Shown: positions 17,985-29,388, numbered from the stretch's first letter. The stretch is 64,000 nt of DNA from an uncultured Chitinophagaceae bacterium (GCA_963846405.1 CAWJVU010000010.1:342824-406823); one strand, 5' to 3'. Notes: a model not told the origin generated them from the sequence alone. A program made the numbers and translations.

Positions 17985-19028
17985 ATGATGCCTGTAAAAG
18001 GATATGCCGCTCAAAGCCCGACTACCGATCTCGCGCCCTGGAACTTTGAACGCCGCGAAGTCGGCCCGCAGGATGTTCAGTTCGACATCCTGTTTTGTGG
18101 GGTCTGCCATTCCGACCTGCACCAGATAAAGAACGACTGGTTCGAGGGCATCTTCCCGATGGTGCCCGGTCATGAGATCGTGGGCCGCGTCGTCAAGGTT
18201 GGAAGCCAGGTTAAGAAATTCAAGGTCGGCGATCTGGCCGGAACAGGCGTTATGGTCGACTCCTGCCGGACTTGCGAAAATTGCAAGCGGGATCTGGAAC
18301 AATATTGTATAAATGGAAATTCACAAACCTATAATGGCCGGGAACAGGATCACAAGACCCCAACCTACGGCGGTTACTCAAAAACCATCGTTGTAAAGGA
18401 AGATTTCGTCCTTCATATCTCCGACAAAGTCGACCTGGCCGCCACCGCACCGCTGCTTTGCGCGGGCATTACTACTTATTCGCCACTAAGACACTGGAAA
18501 GTGGGAAAGGGCCATAAGCTGGGCGTGGTCGGTCTTGGCGGCTTGGGCCATATGGGCGTGAAGTTCGGCGTCGCGTTTGGCGCCGACGTAACTGTTCTCA
18601 GCACGTCCCCCGCCAAAGAAAAAGATGCGAAAAAACTCGGCGCCCACCATTTCCTCGTAACAACCGATCCGGCGCAGGTAAAGGCAGCCAAAAATAGCTT
18701 CGATTTCATCCTCGATACGGTCTCCGCGGAACATGATATCAATCTGTATCTTTCGTTATTGCGGTTGGACGGAGTACACATCTCCGTTGGCATCCCGCCG
18801 AAGCCTTTAGAGATCAAGACATTCAGCCTCATGGACGGCCGTAGAAGCCTGACCTCATCGGGGGTCGGAGGCCTAAAGGAAACACAGGAAATGCTCGATT
18901 TCTGCGCCGACCGCCAGGTTGTGTCGGACATCGAGCTCATTGACATAAAAGATATCACCACAGCCTACGCCCGAATGCTAAAAGGGGACGTACGATACCG
19001 GTTTGTCATTGACATGGCAACCCTTTGA
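17985..19028 (+). CDS. Zn-dependent NADPH alcohol dehydrogenase (cinnamyl ADH-like)
   Basis: CGVCHSD, GHEIVG, CxxCxxC, GLGGLGH, YRFVID. Confidence 0.93.
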   Translation: MMPVKGYAAQSPTTDLAPWNFERREVGPQDVQFDILFCGVCHSDLHQIKNDWFEGIFPMVPGHEIVGRVVKVGSQVKKFKVGDLAGTGVMVDSCRTCENCKRDLEQYCINGNSQTYNGREQDHKTPTYGGYSKTIVVKEDFVLHISDKVDLAATAPLLCAGITTYSPLRHWKVGKGHKLGVVGLGGLGHMGVKFGVAFGADVTVLSTSPAKEKDAKKLGAHHFLVTTDPAQVKAAKNSFDFILDTVSAEHDINLYLSLLRLDGVHISVGIPPKPLEIKTFSLMDGRRSLTSSGVGGLKETQEMLDFCADRQVVSDIELIDIKDITTAYARMLKGDVRYRFVIDMATL

Positions 19029-19104
19029 AGCGCTGAGGAGTGACGCAGCCTTGAATTTGGTACATTACTTGCAGGAGATATTGCTCCATCCTAAACTATT
19101 GTGT

Positions 19105-19479
19105 ATGAACAAGATGCTTGCAGTCCTTCTGTTGTTGGCCGTCTCCTCGGCCAGCTTTGCACAAGCCGTTGGTAAGGTCGATAAAAAGACAAAAGAATTC
19201 ACGATCGACCCCGGCCAAAAAGTCAATTATTCGGTATTCGGCTATCGTTTCGCCAACGTATCCACGGAGAAATATATCTGTTTCTCTTCTAATCAAGATG
19301 TTGAGCGAGCGAACAATAATTTGCCCATGGGGGCTTACTTCGATACCGACGGACTACCGGCCGGAACAAAGATCAAGTACCTGGGTATGGCCGGAACGTT
19401 TGGGAAAATGAGCTTTACTACCGGCGGCGGTAAGACAACCATCTTTTATTTGCCAAAGTCCAGCTATGTGATTAAATAA
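19105..19479 (+). CDS. Hypothetical secreted protein
   Basis: Signal peptide MNKMLAVLLLLAVSSASFAQ. Confidence 0.65.
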   Translation: MNKMLAVLLLLAVSSASFAQAVGKVDKKTKEFTIDPGQKVNYSVFGYRFANVSTEKYICFSSNQDVERANNNLPMGAYFDTDGLPAGTKIKYLGMAGTFGKMSFTTGGGKTTIFYLPKSSYVIK

Positions 19480-19547
19480 CACCCGGCCTCCCGGTAACCC
19501 GTGCGAAATTCATTAAATTTCGTACCTTAAGGAAAATACGTCTTGCC

Positions 19548-21686
19548 ATGACTAATTTTGACACCTCCCACGTCAAAAATATAGTTTTGCTCGGTCATTC
19601 CGGTTCCGGCAAAACAACGCTGGCAGAATGCATGCTCTATGAAGCAGGTCTTATCACGCGGCGTGGCACTATCGAAGAACAAAATACGGTCGGTGATTTC
19701 AACGAGCTGGAACAGCAGCGAGGAAATACCATTTTTTCCAAACTGCTGCATACCCGATGGCGCGGCTACAAAATCAACATCCTGGACACTCCCGGATATG
19801 ATGACTTTGCAGGAGAGGTCTTGTCGGCCCTGCGGGTCGCAGACACCGGCGTGTTGCTTCTAAACGCCAATTTCGGCGTCGAGGTAGGGGCGGACATCAT
19901 CTGGGAATACACGGAACATTTCCGGACACCGATGCTGCTCGCCGTCAACAAACTCGATCAGGACAAGTCGGACTTCGACAGCACGGTGACGCAAGCCCGG
20001 GAACACTTTAGCAGGAATGTCATCGTTGTGCAGTACCCACTCAATCAGGGTCCGGGATTTAATGCGATAATCGATGTCCTGCACATGATCCAATACCGGT
20101 TCCCGGCAGAAGGCGGCCGGCCGGAAAAGCTACCCATCCCCGATTCGGAGCGAGAGAAAGCGGACCGCCTGCACCGGGAGCTGATCGAAGCGATCGCCGG
20201 AAACGACGAAACGCTCATGGAGAAATATTTCGAAAAAGGAGAGCTGGATGAGGATGAGATGCGGCAAGGGCTGAAGAATGCCATGATCCAGCACGAGTTG
20301 TTCCCGTTGTTCTGCCTTTCCGCCAAAAGGAATATGGGGAGCGGACGGATCATGGGTTTTATCGACAATGTCTGCCCCGGTCCGGCTGAATTAGCCCCAC
20401 AGGTTTCCCTTTCCGGCGGGCTCGTCCCTTGCGATCCCGCTGGTCCCCCTTGTATCTTTATCTATAAGGTCCTCTCCGAAAACCATATCGGGGAGATGTC
20501 GTTTTTCAAAGTCTTTTCCGGTACGATCAAATCCGGCATGGAACTGGTAAACGAAACCAACGGCGTGACAGAAAAGCTCAACCAGCTCTTCGTGGTGGAA
20601 GGGAGCAAGCGCATCCCCGTGCATGAATTGTCCGCAGGCGATATCGGGGCTACCATCAAACTGAAGGATACCCATGTCAACAATACCCTGCATGCCCGGG
20701 GGGTGAACCTGGAACTGCCACCGATCGAATTTCCTTCCCCGCTCATGAGCGTAGCGATCGAATCCGAGCTAAAAGGCGATGAGGAGAAACTGGCCGCGGC
20801 AGTCCGCCAGGTCCGCGAAGAAGACCCCACGATCATCCTGGAGATGTCTCAGGAACTCAAACAGATGATCATCCATTGCCAGGGTGAACTGCATTTGTCG
20901 GTAATCAAATGGAAGCTGGAGCATTTTTCAAAAAATCTGCGCCCAAGCTTCAGCCGGCCGCGCATCCCCTATCGCGAAACCATCCGGAAACCAGTGCAAA
21001 CGAACTATCGTCACAAGAAGCAATCCGGAGGAGCCGGGCAATTCGGTGAGGTATATATGCAGGTAGAACCGTGGTTTGAAGGCATGCCGGACCCCCGGGG
21101 TCTCTCCGTGCGCGGTCGGGACGAATTTCAATTGGAGTGGGGCGGCAAGCTTGTCTTCCTGAATTGTATCGTCGGTGGCGCGATCGATCAGCGCTTCCTG
21201 CCTTCGATCCTGAAAGGCGTCATGGAAAAAATGCACGAGGGTCCCCTGACGGGCTCCCATGTAAGGGATGTCCGCGTGATTGTGTATGACGGCAAGATGC
21301 ATCCCGTCGATTCCAACGATATTTCCTTTAAGATAGCCGGGATGATGGCCTTCAAACAAGCGTTCCGGCAGGCGGACCCCCAGGTGCTCGAACCCATATA
21401 TTCCGTTACGGTGTTGTGCCCGGATGATCAGACCGGCGGCATCATCAGCGATCTCCAGATCCGCCGCGCCATCCTGGAAGGAATGGACACCGAAGGTCAT
21501 TTCACAAAGGTCATTGCGCGGGTACCACTGGCGGAAATGCACGATTTCTCCTCTTCGCTGCGGTCGATCACGCAGGGCCGGGCGAAATTCCGGATGAAGT
21601 TCCTGGAATATGCGGCAGTGCCCCCCGACCTCCAGCGGAGACTCTATGAAGAGTATAATAAGACCGCGGCACACCAGGAAGCGTGA
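19548..21686 (+). CDS. Elongation factor G-like protein (second EF-G paralog)
   Basis: GHSGSGKTT, DTPG, NKLD, HKKQSGGAGQFG, HPVDS; located outside the str operon. Confidence 0.9.
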   Translation: MTNFDTSHVKNIVLLGHSGSGKTTLAECMLYEAGLITRRGTIEEQNTVGDFNELEQQRGNTIFSKLLHTRWRGYKINILDTPGYDDFAGEVLSALRVADTGVLLLNANFGVEVGADIIWEYTEHFRTPMLLAVNKLDQDKSDFDSTVTQAREHFSRNVIVVQYPLNQGPGFNAIIDVLHMIQYRFPAEGGRPEKLPIPDSEREKADRLHRELIEAIAGNDETLMEKYFEKGELDEDEMRQGLKNAMIQHELFPLFCLSAKRNMGSGRIMGFIDNVCPGPAELAPQVSLSGGLVPCDPAGPPCIFIYKVLSENHIGEMSFFKVFSGTIKSGMELVNETNGVTEKLNQLFVVEGSKRIPVHELSAGDIGATIKLKDTHVNNTLHARGVNLELPPIEFPSPLMSVAIESELKGDEEKLAAAVRQVREEDPTIILEMSQELKQMIIHCQGELHLSVIKWKLEHFSKNLRPSFSRPRIPYRETIRKPVQTNYRHKKQSGGAGQFGEVYMQVEPWFEGMPDPRGLSVRGRDEFQLEWGGKLVFLNCIVGGAIDQRFLPSILKGVMEKMHEGPLTGSHVRDVRVIVYDGKMHPVDSNDISFKIAGMMAFKQAFRQADPQVLEPIYSVTVLCPDDQTGGIISDLQIRRAILEGMDTEGHFTKVIARVPLAEMHDFSSSLRSITQGRAKFRMKFLEYAAVPPDLQRRLYEEYNKTAAHQEA

Positions 21687-21687
21687 C

Positions 21688-22131
21688 TTACTCCAAAATC
21701 CGCCGGAGATAATTTACCTGTCCGAGATGGTAGTCCAGATGCGTCAGCAACCGAATCAATACATATGAATTGGAATTATACGCATCATCGAATAGGTCTG
21801 GATATTGAGCATCCATCTGAACATCCGTAAAATTGTTCAGCGTCGTTTTGATCATCGGAATAAGCGCCTCTAACTGAGCAACAAGTTCCTTCCTCGCGAC
21901 GCCCTTCCTGGCAAATTCCTGCGGCCGGTCACGAACATAGCCAGAATGAGCCAACGTGGCCCCCACATAATGGTTCAGGTTGCCAATGATATGGAGCGCG
22001 AGATTCCCGCAGCAATTCTTGACATTCCCGACGGTTTTCCAAAGATCGTCTTCGCTTTGAAACAAGTTGACCTCTTCGATTAGTTTCCGAAGGTCGCGCT
22101 CGTAGAGCGTCGCCAATACAGTATTTAGCAT
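21688..22131 (-). CDS. DinB/DUF1572 family protein
   Basis: GNLALHIIGNL, YVRDRPQEF, HLDYHLGQVNY. Confidence 0.85.
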   Translation of the reverse strand: MLNTVLATLYERDLRKLIEEVNLFQSEDDLWKTVGNVKNCCGNLALHIIGNLNHYVGATLAHSGYVRDRPQEFARKGVARKELVAQLEALIPMIKTTLNNFTDVQMDAQYPDLFDDAYNSNSYVLIRLLTHLDYHLGQVNYLRRILE

Positions 22132-22142
22132 AGCAATGCAAA

Positions 22143-22508
22143 TTAATAAAAAAAGTTCTCCGCAACGATCTTGCCGTCCTTTACTTCGATAACCGCAATC
22201 TCCTCCGAATTCACGCGCGACCGTCCCCTGTAGGTTACATCCCTCTTCAAAACAGTACTGAAAAAATTCCCCCCGACAAGCGGTTTACTGGTATGACGGC
22301 TATGGATTGCTTCGATCGTAACCCGATGGGCATCACTTTTTGCCTTAACGGCCGCCTTTCCCCGGGTCACCGCTTCGATCCCGGCCGGTCTGCCATTTTC
22401 CGACTCGCGTTGGATGATATTCTCGTCATGGAGGGTCTCATGTATCTCGCTCCATTTGTTCTGGCAGGCCAGCTCATAATAGCGGGCCGCAACTTCCTGT
22501 GTTGTCAT
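22143..22508 (-). CDS. SnoaL-like (NTF2 fold) protein
   Basis: MTTQEVAARYYEL, EEIAVIEVKDGKIVAENFFY. Confidence 0.8.
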   Translation of the reverse strand: MTTQEVAARYYELACQNKWSEIHETLHDENIIQRESENGRPAGIEAVTRGKAAVKAKSDAHRVTIEAIHSRHTSKPLVGGNFFSTVLKRDVTYRGRSRVNSEEIAVIEVKDGKIVAENFFY

Positions 22509-22693
22509 AAATGTGCTTTTAAATGTTTTTACAAGACAAAGATGAGGGTGACCTGTGACAACCCTATGTCAGGAGCGTATAATTTGACCTTTCAGCCCCG
22601 CAAATAAGCCATTTAAATAATCCTATCCACTGCAGTTCAAGTTGTTATGAATAATAGGAGGTGATTCGGTAAATTAACAGAGATATTCAAATA

Positions 22694-23908
22694 ATGAAAC
22701 GTCAACTAATTTGGTTTTTTCTTGGCGCGGTGATTTCGCAACAGTCCTGCACTCCCCCGCCGGTAAAACAATACGGTTTTCTTACCACACTTGGCAACGA
22801 TACGATCTCACTGGAAAGTATAACCCGGCGGGGCAACTCGTTTACAAGCGATGAAGTTGACCGTTTTCCAATTGTGCGGATACGTCATACCGAAGTTAAC
22901 CTCAGCGACGACGGCAGCATCCGACATCTGGAAATGAACATTCACACACCTGGTGAATTGCCTGGTCATCGGGATCGAAAAGTAATTGCCGATGTCGACA
23001 AAAATAAAGTCCATCTCTCCAAAACAGATAGCGCCGGAACGGTCAATCGTGACTTCCAAACTGGTGGCGCCATTGTAGTAGCCCACGTCCAACAGATGTA
23101 TAGTCTTTATGAGCTTTACTTCGCCGCGGCGGCGATAAAAGCCGCGGCGTCTCGACGCTCAGCCGGCACCCCTATCCCGCTTCGCCAGTTTTATATCGAC
23201 CGCGAATTCGACCGGTTTCCTTTGGGCGAGGCCACTGTAAAACCGATTGACAACGCCAAAATGGAGGTTACACACGACTGGCTTGCTGGAACCGGCGAGG
23301 CTACGATGGACTCTGCGGGTGACATGCTTAGCTATTCAGGCGCCCGAACGACATACGACGTGCGGGTAAAACGGCTCGCCGCGCCTCCAGACTTAGATGG
23401 CATCGGCGACCGCTGGGCGGCAAAGGAGATAAAAGGCGGGGCGGAAAGGTCGCTAAGCGTCCGGGATACCGTCCGGGCACAAATTGGTAATACAATCTTC
23501 ACCGTTGACTATGGCAGGCCCCTGATGCGCGGACGAACCCTACTGGGTGATTTGATCCCTTACAATCGCGTGTGGAGAACAGGAGCCAATGCAGCTACGC
23601 GGTTTACGACGTCAACCCCGATAAAACTTGCCGGATTGCAGATCCCCGCGGGCGCATATACGCTGTTTACCGCGCCGCACACAACCGGAGTCGATCTGAT
23701 CGTGAACAAGCAAACCGGCGAGTGGGGTACGGAGTACAATGGCGCAAAGGACCTGGGAGCAGCAAAAATGAACAGCGAGGTTGCCGCCACACCGGTTGAA
23801 GAATTTACTATATCGATCATACCCACCGACAATCGGCACGGTAAACTTGTAATCGAATGGGGTTCATTCAAGTGGATTGCACCGATCGAAGTTTCAAGTT
23901 CCTTTTAA
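22694..23908 (+). CDS. DUF2911 domain lipoprotein
   Basis: C-terminal SVRDT..VDYGRP..WRTGAN..AGAYTLFT. Confidence 0.8.
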   Translation: MKRQLIWFFLGAVISQQSCTPPPVKQYGFLTTLGNDTISLESITRRGNSFTSDEVDRFPIVRIRHTEVNLSDDGSIRHLEMNIHTPGELPGHRDRKVIADVDKNKVHLSKTDSAGTVNRDFQTGGAIVVAHVQQMYSLYELYFAAAAIKAAASRRSAGTPIPLRQFYIDREFDRFPLGEATVKPIDNAKMEVTHDWLAGTGEATMDSAGDMLSYSGARTTYDVRVKRLAAPPDLDGIGDRWAAKEIKGGAERSLSVRDTVRAQIGNTIFTVDYGRPLMRGRTLLGDLIPYNRVWRTGANAATRFTTSTPIKLAGLQIPAGAYTLFTAPHTTGVDLIVNKQTGEWGTEYNGAKDLGAAKMNSEVAATPVEEFTISIIPTDNRHGKLVIEWGSFKWIAPIEVSSSF

Positions 23909-24410
23909 ACGGGTAAAGCACCGCCGCCGCCAGTCCATAAAAAGCCACCCAGTGTCCCGAAAACCCCCTGATCCCGGCTGCCTTATAATGATGATATTCC
24001 CGTTCAGTAATATCACGTATCCATTGGCCATGCGCGTCCAAATAGTAGTGCCCATCTTTAACGGCTGGAGTACCGGACTCTGATCCAATAAACATCACAA
24101 AATTTACGATGGCATAATAAAATCCCACGACAGCAATCACGACTATCCAGGAAGGTACTCCTTCACAAAGAGCCTTGAAAAGCGCGATCGGTCTCATTCT
24201 ATTCCGTATTCCCGAGCTTTGAAAAGCCTTGATCTTTTCATTTTTCTTTAATTCCAGGATCGCCGGTATCCACACGACAAAAATGCCGATATGCAACAAC
24301 CAGATATAAGGGAACTTACTCTCCACGTCGACGTCGAAAATAGAGAGGATATGTACAAGCAGTCCGAGTGTCCACCCAGTAACCGCAGCCCAGAATAAGG
24401 CAATCTTCAT
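23868..24410 (-). CDS. Hypothetical membrane protein
   Basis: Several hydrophobic segments; RGFSGHWVAFY. Confidence 0.65.
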   Translation of the reverse strand: MKIALFWAAVTGWTLGLLVHILSIFDVDVESKFPYIWLLHIGIFVVWIPAILELKKNEKIKAFQSSGIRNRMRPIALFKALCEGVPSWIVVIAVVGFYYAIVNFVMFIGSESGTPAVKDGHYYLDAHGQWIRDITEREYHHYKAAGIRGFSGHWVAFYGLAAAVLYPFKRNLKLRSVQST

Positions 24411-24572
24411 TAGTTCCTTTTGCCGAATTTACAAAAACCCGCAGATTAAAATCGGGCAATGGTTGTATCATTACCGAACAATTGAGTGGGCTGGCTAGAA
24501 TTCTTAGAATTGATAACCAACAACCTATACTTCGACCCGATTTTTGAAGTAAAAGAGCTACAATTCGCTCAC

Positions 24573-25067
24573 ATGATCAAATCTTCTTACACCAGCGCTT
24601 TTGCACTGATATTTTTAGTTGGTTTTAGTAATCCAGCGATATCACAAAACGTCAATTTTTCCGGAATTTGGAAGGTCGATTCGCTAAAGACCAATTACGG
24701 AGGCTTCGAGCCGGCAGGGACGGCGGTCGCCCTAAAAATTGTACAGTCAAAAGATACAATCAGCATTCGAAGGACACTCCGCAGATTTCGGGGCGATACG
24801 CTTTCCTTTACATACAAACTATCCCTTGATGGCAAAACGATGACGGAGACGCGGGGTACTGCGAAGAGCAGGCAGTCGATTAAATGGTCTGGTCGGTCGC
24901 TTTTTGAAACGTCCAGCGTCCATGACGATGCGCACAACGGAAGATACGAGGCGACCGAAACCTGGACGCTTTCGCCCGACGGTAGGACGCTAACCGATGA
25001 CCGGGTTGTGACAAACGATGGTAACGGTGGTCACGGTACCTCCAAAGCAGTTTACAATCGGCAATAA
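24573..25067 (+). CDS. Hypothetical secreted beta-rich protein
   Basis: Signal peptide, NFSGIWK, WTLSPDGRTL. Confidence 0.65.
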   Translation: MIKSSYTSAFALIFLVGFSNPAISQNVNFSGIWKVDSLKTNYGGFEPAGTAVALKIVQSKDTISIRRTLRRFRGDTLSFTYKLSLDGKTMTETRGTAKSRQSIKWSGRSLFETSSVHDDAHNGRYEATETWTLSPDGRTLTDDRVVTNDGNGGHGTSKAVYNRQ

Positions 25068-25091
25068 ATGGTATGACTGCTATGATTATGT

Positions 25092-25967
25092 TTAATTCAA
25101 AAAGTCATTCAGGTAACCTAAGATTATTTTTGTTTGCATCATCAGGCTCACATGTCCTTGCGAAGGAACAATGGCCAAATGCGATTTTGGCATGGGTTGC
25201 AGGTCTGCGGCAACACCACCACCCAACAATTGATATGTTTTCATCAACTCAATTTTATCCAGTCCGTCATTGTCACCCGATATAATTAATACAGGCGCAG
25301 CAATTTTCGCAATATTCGAGTCACCTACGTTGAATGGAACTTTAACGAAGTCCAACATCTGCATTAAGAAATTCGTCCATTTTGTTTTATCGGGCGCCAC
25401 TGCATCGTATGCGGCTTTTAAAGGCGAATTATCAAAAAATTCGGGTTTAAATTTTTTAAACGCGCCGCTTACGATGGGTAACCAACCATCTGTTTTATAA
25501 GTGGATGAAATGATCACTAATTTTCTTAAGCGTTTAGGGCTTTGTACAGCAAACTGGTAAGCTACAGAGCCGCCCATACTATATCCTGCCACATCAGCAC
25601 TGTCAATTTTCAGGTAATCCATCACACCCTCCACATCACTTGCTAACGTAGCAATCGATAATTTTCTATCTGAAAAGGGAGTATGCCCATGTCCTTGAAA
25701 TTCAATGGCAATTACTTTCCTGGTTTTTGAAAGGTCAGGGATTAATTGGCCCCAGTTCATATCGATCGTGTAAAAGGCTCCGTGTAGTAAAACGATAGGC
25801 CTACCCTCGCCATATACTTCGTAATAAACTTTAACCCCATTAACGGGTGCGTAACCACTGTTGGAAGGTTTGATTTGCTGCGCGCTTGATCGGGATGCCG
25901 TCACCATAATAATTACAATTAGCAGTATTGATTTAAGCGGATTATTCGTTTTGAGTAAATTTTGCAT
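25092..25967 (-). CDS. Alpha/beta hydrolase
   Basis: LLHGA, QGHG, GYSMG, GDND, GH. Confidence 0.88.
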   Translation of the reverse strand: MQNLLKTNNPLKSILLIVIIMVTASRSSAQQIKPSNSGYAPVNGVKVYYEVYGEGRPIVLLHGAFYTIDMNWGQLIPDLSKTRKVIAIEFQGHGHTPFSDRKLSIATLASDVEGVMDYLKIDSADVAGYSMGGSVAYQFAVQSPKRLRKLVIISSTYKTDGWLPIVSGAFKKFKPEFFDNSPLKAAYDAVAPDKTKWTNFLMQMLDFVKVPFNVGDSNIAKIAAPVLIISGDNDGLDKIELMKTYQLLGGGVAADLQPMPKSHLAIVPSQGHVSLMMQTKIILGYLNDFLN

Positions 25968-26024
25968 AACGTGTTTTAGCTTTGTTTTTGTTAGGCGTTC
26001 GTTGTTTTCGTTTATATTTTTCCG

Positions 26025-26453
26025 TTATTTTTTTCGGTCAAATTCCACAATCCATTCAATGCCGTATTTGTCTCTAAAACAACCAAAATATGAGCCCCAG
26101 GGACTATCACCAATAGGCCCTTCTATTTGTCCTCCTGCTGAAAGCCCATCAAATAATTTGTCTGCTTCTTCTTTACTTTCCGCAGTTATTACAATTTTAC
26201 TTCTGTTCTCATTTTCGTTTGTTCTTCCCAAAATTTCCGGAACATCGTTTGCCATTAACATACTACTTTTACCGATAGGCAAAACAATATGCATAATTTT
26301 ATTTTCCTCTTTTTTCGCCACCGGGAATTCAGGACCTGCAAGGTCTTTGAAGCGAATAATCTTTGTAAACTCTCCGCCAAATACTGATTTGTAAAACGTA
26401 AATGCTTCTTCGGCATTTCCGTTGAAATTAATGTGAGGGTTGATTAGTGCCAT
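26025..26453 (-). CDS. VOC family (PhnB-like) protein
   Basis: FNGNAEEAFTFYKSVFGGE, WGSYFG..RDKYGIEW. Confidence 0.88.
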   Translation of the reverse strand: MALINPHINFNGNAEEAFTFYKSVFGGEFTKIIRFKDLAGPEFPVAKKEENKIMHIVLPIGKSSMLMANDVPEILGRTNENENRSKIVITAESKEEADKLFDGLSAGGQIEGPIGDSPWGSYFGCFRDKYGIEWIVEFDRKK

Positions 26454-26486
26454 AGTTATTATTTTTTTAGATTGTTAAATTGTTTG

Positions 26487-26813
26487 TCATTTTTTCTTTT
26501 TTTTGATTGTTGATAACACCTCGTCAAGTTGATTAAATTGAGTTTCCCAAATTTTCCTGAGTTGGGCCAACCAATCGTCAAACTCTTGCATTTTTCTTGG
26601 ATTAAAGTGATAATAAATCTCTCTGCCAGACGGCTCAGGTTTTATCAATTCGCATTCCTGTAATACCTTAATATGCTTTGATACCGCTTGTCGGCTCATA
26701 TCAAATTTTTCCGCCATTGCATTTGGCGTTAATGATTGAATCGCAATTAAAGTTAAAATAGCCCGGCGTGTTGGGTCAGCTATGGCCTGGAATATGTCTT
26801 GTTTCATTTTCAA
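26487..26813 (-). CDS. ArsR/SmtB family transcriptional regulator
   Basis: FQAIADPTRRAIL, SRQAVSKHIKVL. Confidence 0.92.
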   Translation of the reverse strand: MKMKQDIFQAIADPTRRAILTLIAIQSLTPNAMAEKFDMSRQAVSKHIKVLQECELIKPEPSGREIYYHFNPRKMQEFDDWLAQLRKIWETQFNQLDEVLSTIKKKKK

Positions 26814-26824
26814 TACTTAATTAC

Positions 26825-26866
26825 GCAACCTACAGGTTGCAAATATATATGCAACTTTTGAGTTGC
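26825..26866 (-). promoter_or_regulatory. Two palindromic operators flanking the -7 promoter box of the arsR-family gene
   Basis: GCAACC-taca-GGTTGC (26825-26840) and GCAAC-ttttga-GTTGC (26851-26866). TATATTTG on the minus strand at 26840-26847. Confidence 0.7.
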
Positions 26867-26917
26867 GCAAATTTATTTGCAATTATTTTTGTCGGGGTAA
26901 ATTGCCGGGAAGCCCGA

Positions 26918-29388
26918 TCATTCGCTGCGGAGGGATTTTACGGGGTTAGCGAGGGCCGCGCGGATGGTCTGAATACTGACCGTCAACAGGGCAATGGCGA
27001 GGGCGACGGCGCCGGCCACGAGGAAGATCCACCAGCTGATCTCCGTACGATAGGCAAACGTCTCGAGCCATTTGTACATGGCCCACCACGCGACGGGGAA
27101 GGCGATGAGCGCAGCGATGCCGACAAGGATCGTGAAGTCCTTGCTGAGCAGACCGACGATACCACTGACGCGGGCGCCGAGGACCTTGCGGATCCCGATC
27201 TCCTTGGTGCGTTGTTCGGCAGCATAGGTAACGAGGCCGAAGAGACCGAGGCAGGCAATGAGGATGGCGAAGACGGCGAAGGTGATGAAGATCCGGCCGG
27301 TCTGCTGCTCGGCGTGATACAATTTATCAAAGTCGTTATCCATGAAGGTGTAGCTGAAGGGCAACCCTTGCTTTTCGGCATGGAACTTACTTTCCACCTG
27401 CCGGACGAGACGGAAGGCATCATTCGTGTGGAAGCGAACGGCCATGGTGCCCCAGTTAAACGTGTTGACCGCCATGACAAGGGGGTCGATTTTGTCATGC
27501 ATGGAGTTATAGTTGAAATCCTTTACAACGCCGACGACATGAAAGGCGAGAGGCTTGAAGTGATCCCCCCGATTGGGATTGACCTCATCCGCCCGATTGT
27601 AGAGGATCAGATTGAGCGGGTCCTTCACGCCGAGCATCGCTACGGCGGCTTCATTGAGGAGGATGGCGGTGGAGTCGGTAGGAAATTGCGCGAGGTCGAA
27701 GTTGCGGCCTTTGATCATCTGCATGCCGAGGGTGGGAACATAATGGTCGTCGACATTGAGTGTGGTCATGAGGATCGCCTTCCTGGCGTCGAGCGAGGCA
27801 TCCCGGAACCAGCCTGGCTGCCGGTACTGGTCGCCTCCGGCGGTGGGGATGTCGGGGGTGACGGTGGCGTCGGTGACCCCGGCAAGGGTGAGCAGGTTCT
27901 TGCGAAGATTGGTCGTGCCATCCTGGCCGAGCGACCAGGTATCATGGATGACGAGTACCTGATCCCGATTGAAGCCGACTTCCTTATTTCGAATATAGTG
28001 CAGCTGGCGATAGATGACGAGGGTGCTTACGATAAGCCCAATAGAAATAAAAAATTGAAAGACCACCAGGCTGCTGCGGAGCCAGCTGCTCCTGAAGCCT
28101 GCGGCTATCTTTCCTTTCAATACCTGGATCGGCTGAAAGGAGGAAAGGTAGAAGGCGGGGTAGCTGCCTGCGAGACAGCCGACCACCAGCACCAGGAGGA
28201 TGAGGATGGGCAGGAACCGGCCGCTGAAGAGCACGTCGGGATGGAGCGATTTGCCGGCAAGCTGATTGAACATCGGTAGCAGCAGGACAGCGATGCCAAG
28301 GGCGAGGACGAGGGCAAAGAGGCTGAGCAGGATGGACTCGGTGAGGAACTGGACGATGAGATGTCCTTTTGTCGAGCCGGCGACCTTGCGGATGCCCACT
28401 TCCTTGGCGCGGTTGGCGCAGCGGGCGGTGCTGAGGTTCATGAAATTGACGCAGGCGATCAGGAGGATGAGCACGGCGATGACGGAGAAGATGTATACGA
28501 ACTGGATATTGCTGTTGGCTTCCAGCTCATCAGACTTATTGGAATAGAGGTGCACGTCGGTGAGGGGGAAGATGGGGTACCGGAAATGATTACCCGCTTT
28601 TCCGAGGTCGGCGACCGACGCGTGGAACATTCCCTGGAGGGCCGGGCCGATATTGAGGTTGACGACTGCGTCTACATCCTTCTGGACCTCGGCTCGCGTG
28701 GTGCCGGGTTGCACAAGGATATAGGTATAATAATTACTACTTAACCAGTCGTTGTCGCTGGGGTCATTAAAGCTGTAGGACTTCGCGGAGGGGGCGAATG
28801 AAACTGAAATGGAACTGGGACTGTTCCGGCATGTCCCGGATGACCCCGGTGATCTTGAGGAGCGTATTGTCATAACCTACCTCCAGCGTGCGGCCGATGA
28901 CGTCGGTGCTGTTGAAATAGCGGCGGGCGGCACTTTCATCGATCACGATGGAATGAGGGTTGTTGAGGGCGGTATTGGGGTCGCCGGCGATCATGGGCAG
29001 GGTGAAGACCTTGAAGATCGTCGAGTCGGCGAAGGTGAAGTGATGGTCGAGGACGTGGTCGTTGCCCTTCCTCACCAGCAGGTCGCCCGGGTTGCGGAAT
29101 CGGACCATCTGCTGGATCTTCGGATAGGAAGCGACGAGAGCGGGGCCGAAAAATTTGGAAGTGGTGGCAGCATTCGTACTTGGTGTTATTGAAGTAGACA
29201 TCCTCATCGATCCGATAGATGCGGTCGGCGTTGACGTTGTAGCGATCGTAACTGAGCTCATCGGTGACGTACAGGACGATCAGCAGACAGACACCAAGGC
29301 CGGCAGCGAGGCCGATGACGTTGAGGGCGGTAAAGCCCTTACTTTTCCTGAGGCTGCGGAAGGCGATCTTGAGATAGTTGCGGAACAT
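26918..29388 (-). CDS. MacB/FtsX-like ABC permease (frameshifted)
   Basis: MFRNYLKIAFRSL, IACVNFMNLSTAR, KEIGIRKVLGA, ANPVKSLRSE across several frames. Confidence 0.88.

Noticed and set aside
26768-28279. Long antisense ORFs (also 3681-4934 and similar)
   Set aside because: They are shadows of GC-rich coding genes on the opposite strand with no recognisable motifs.
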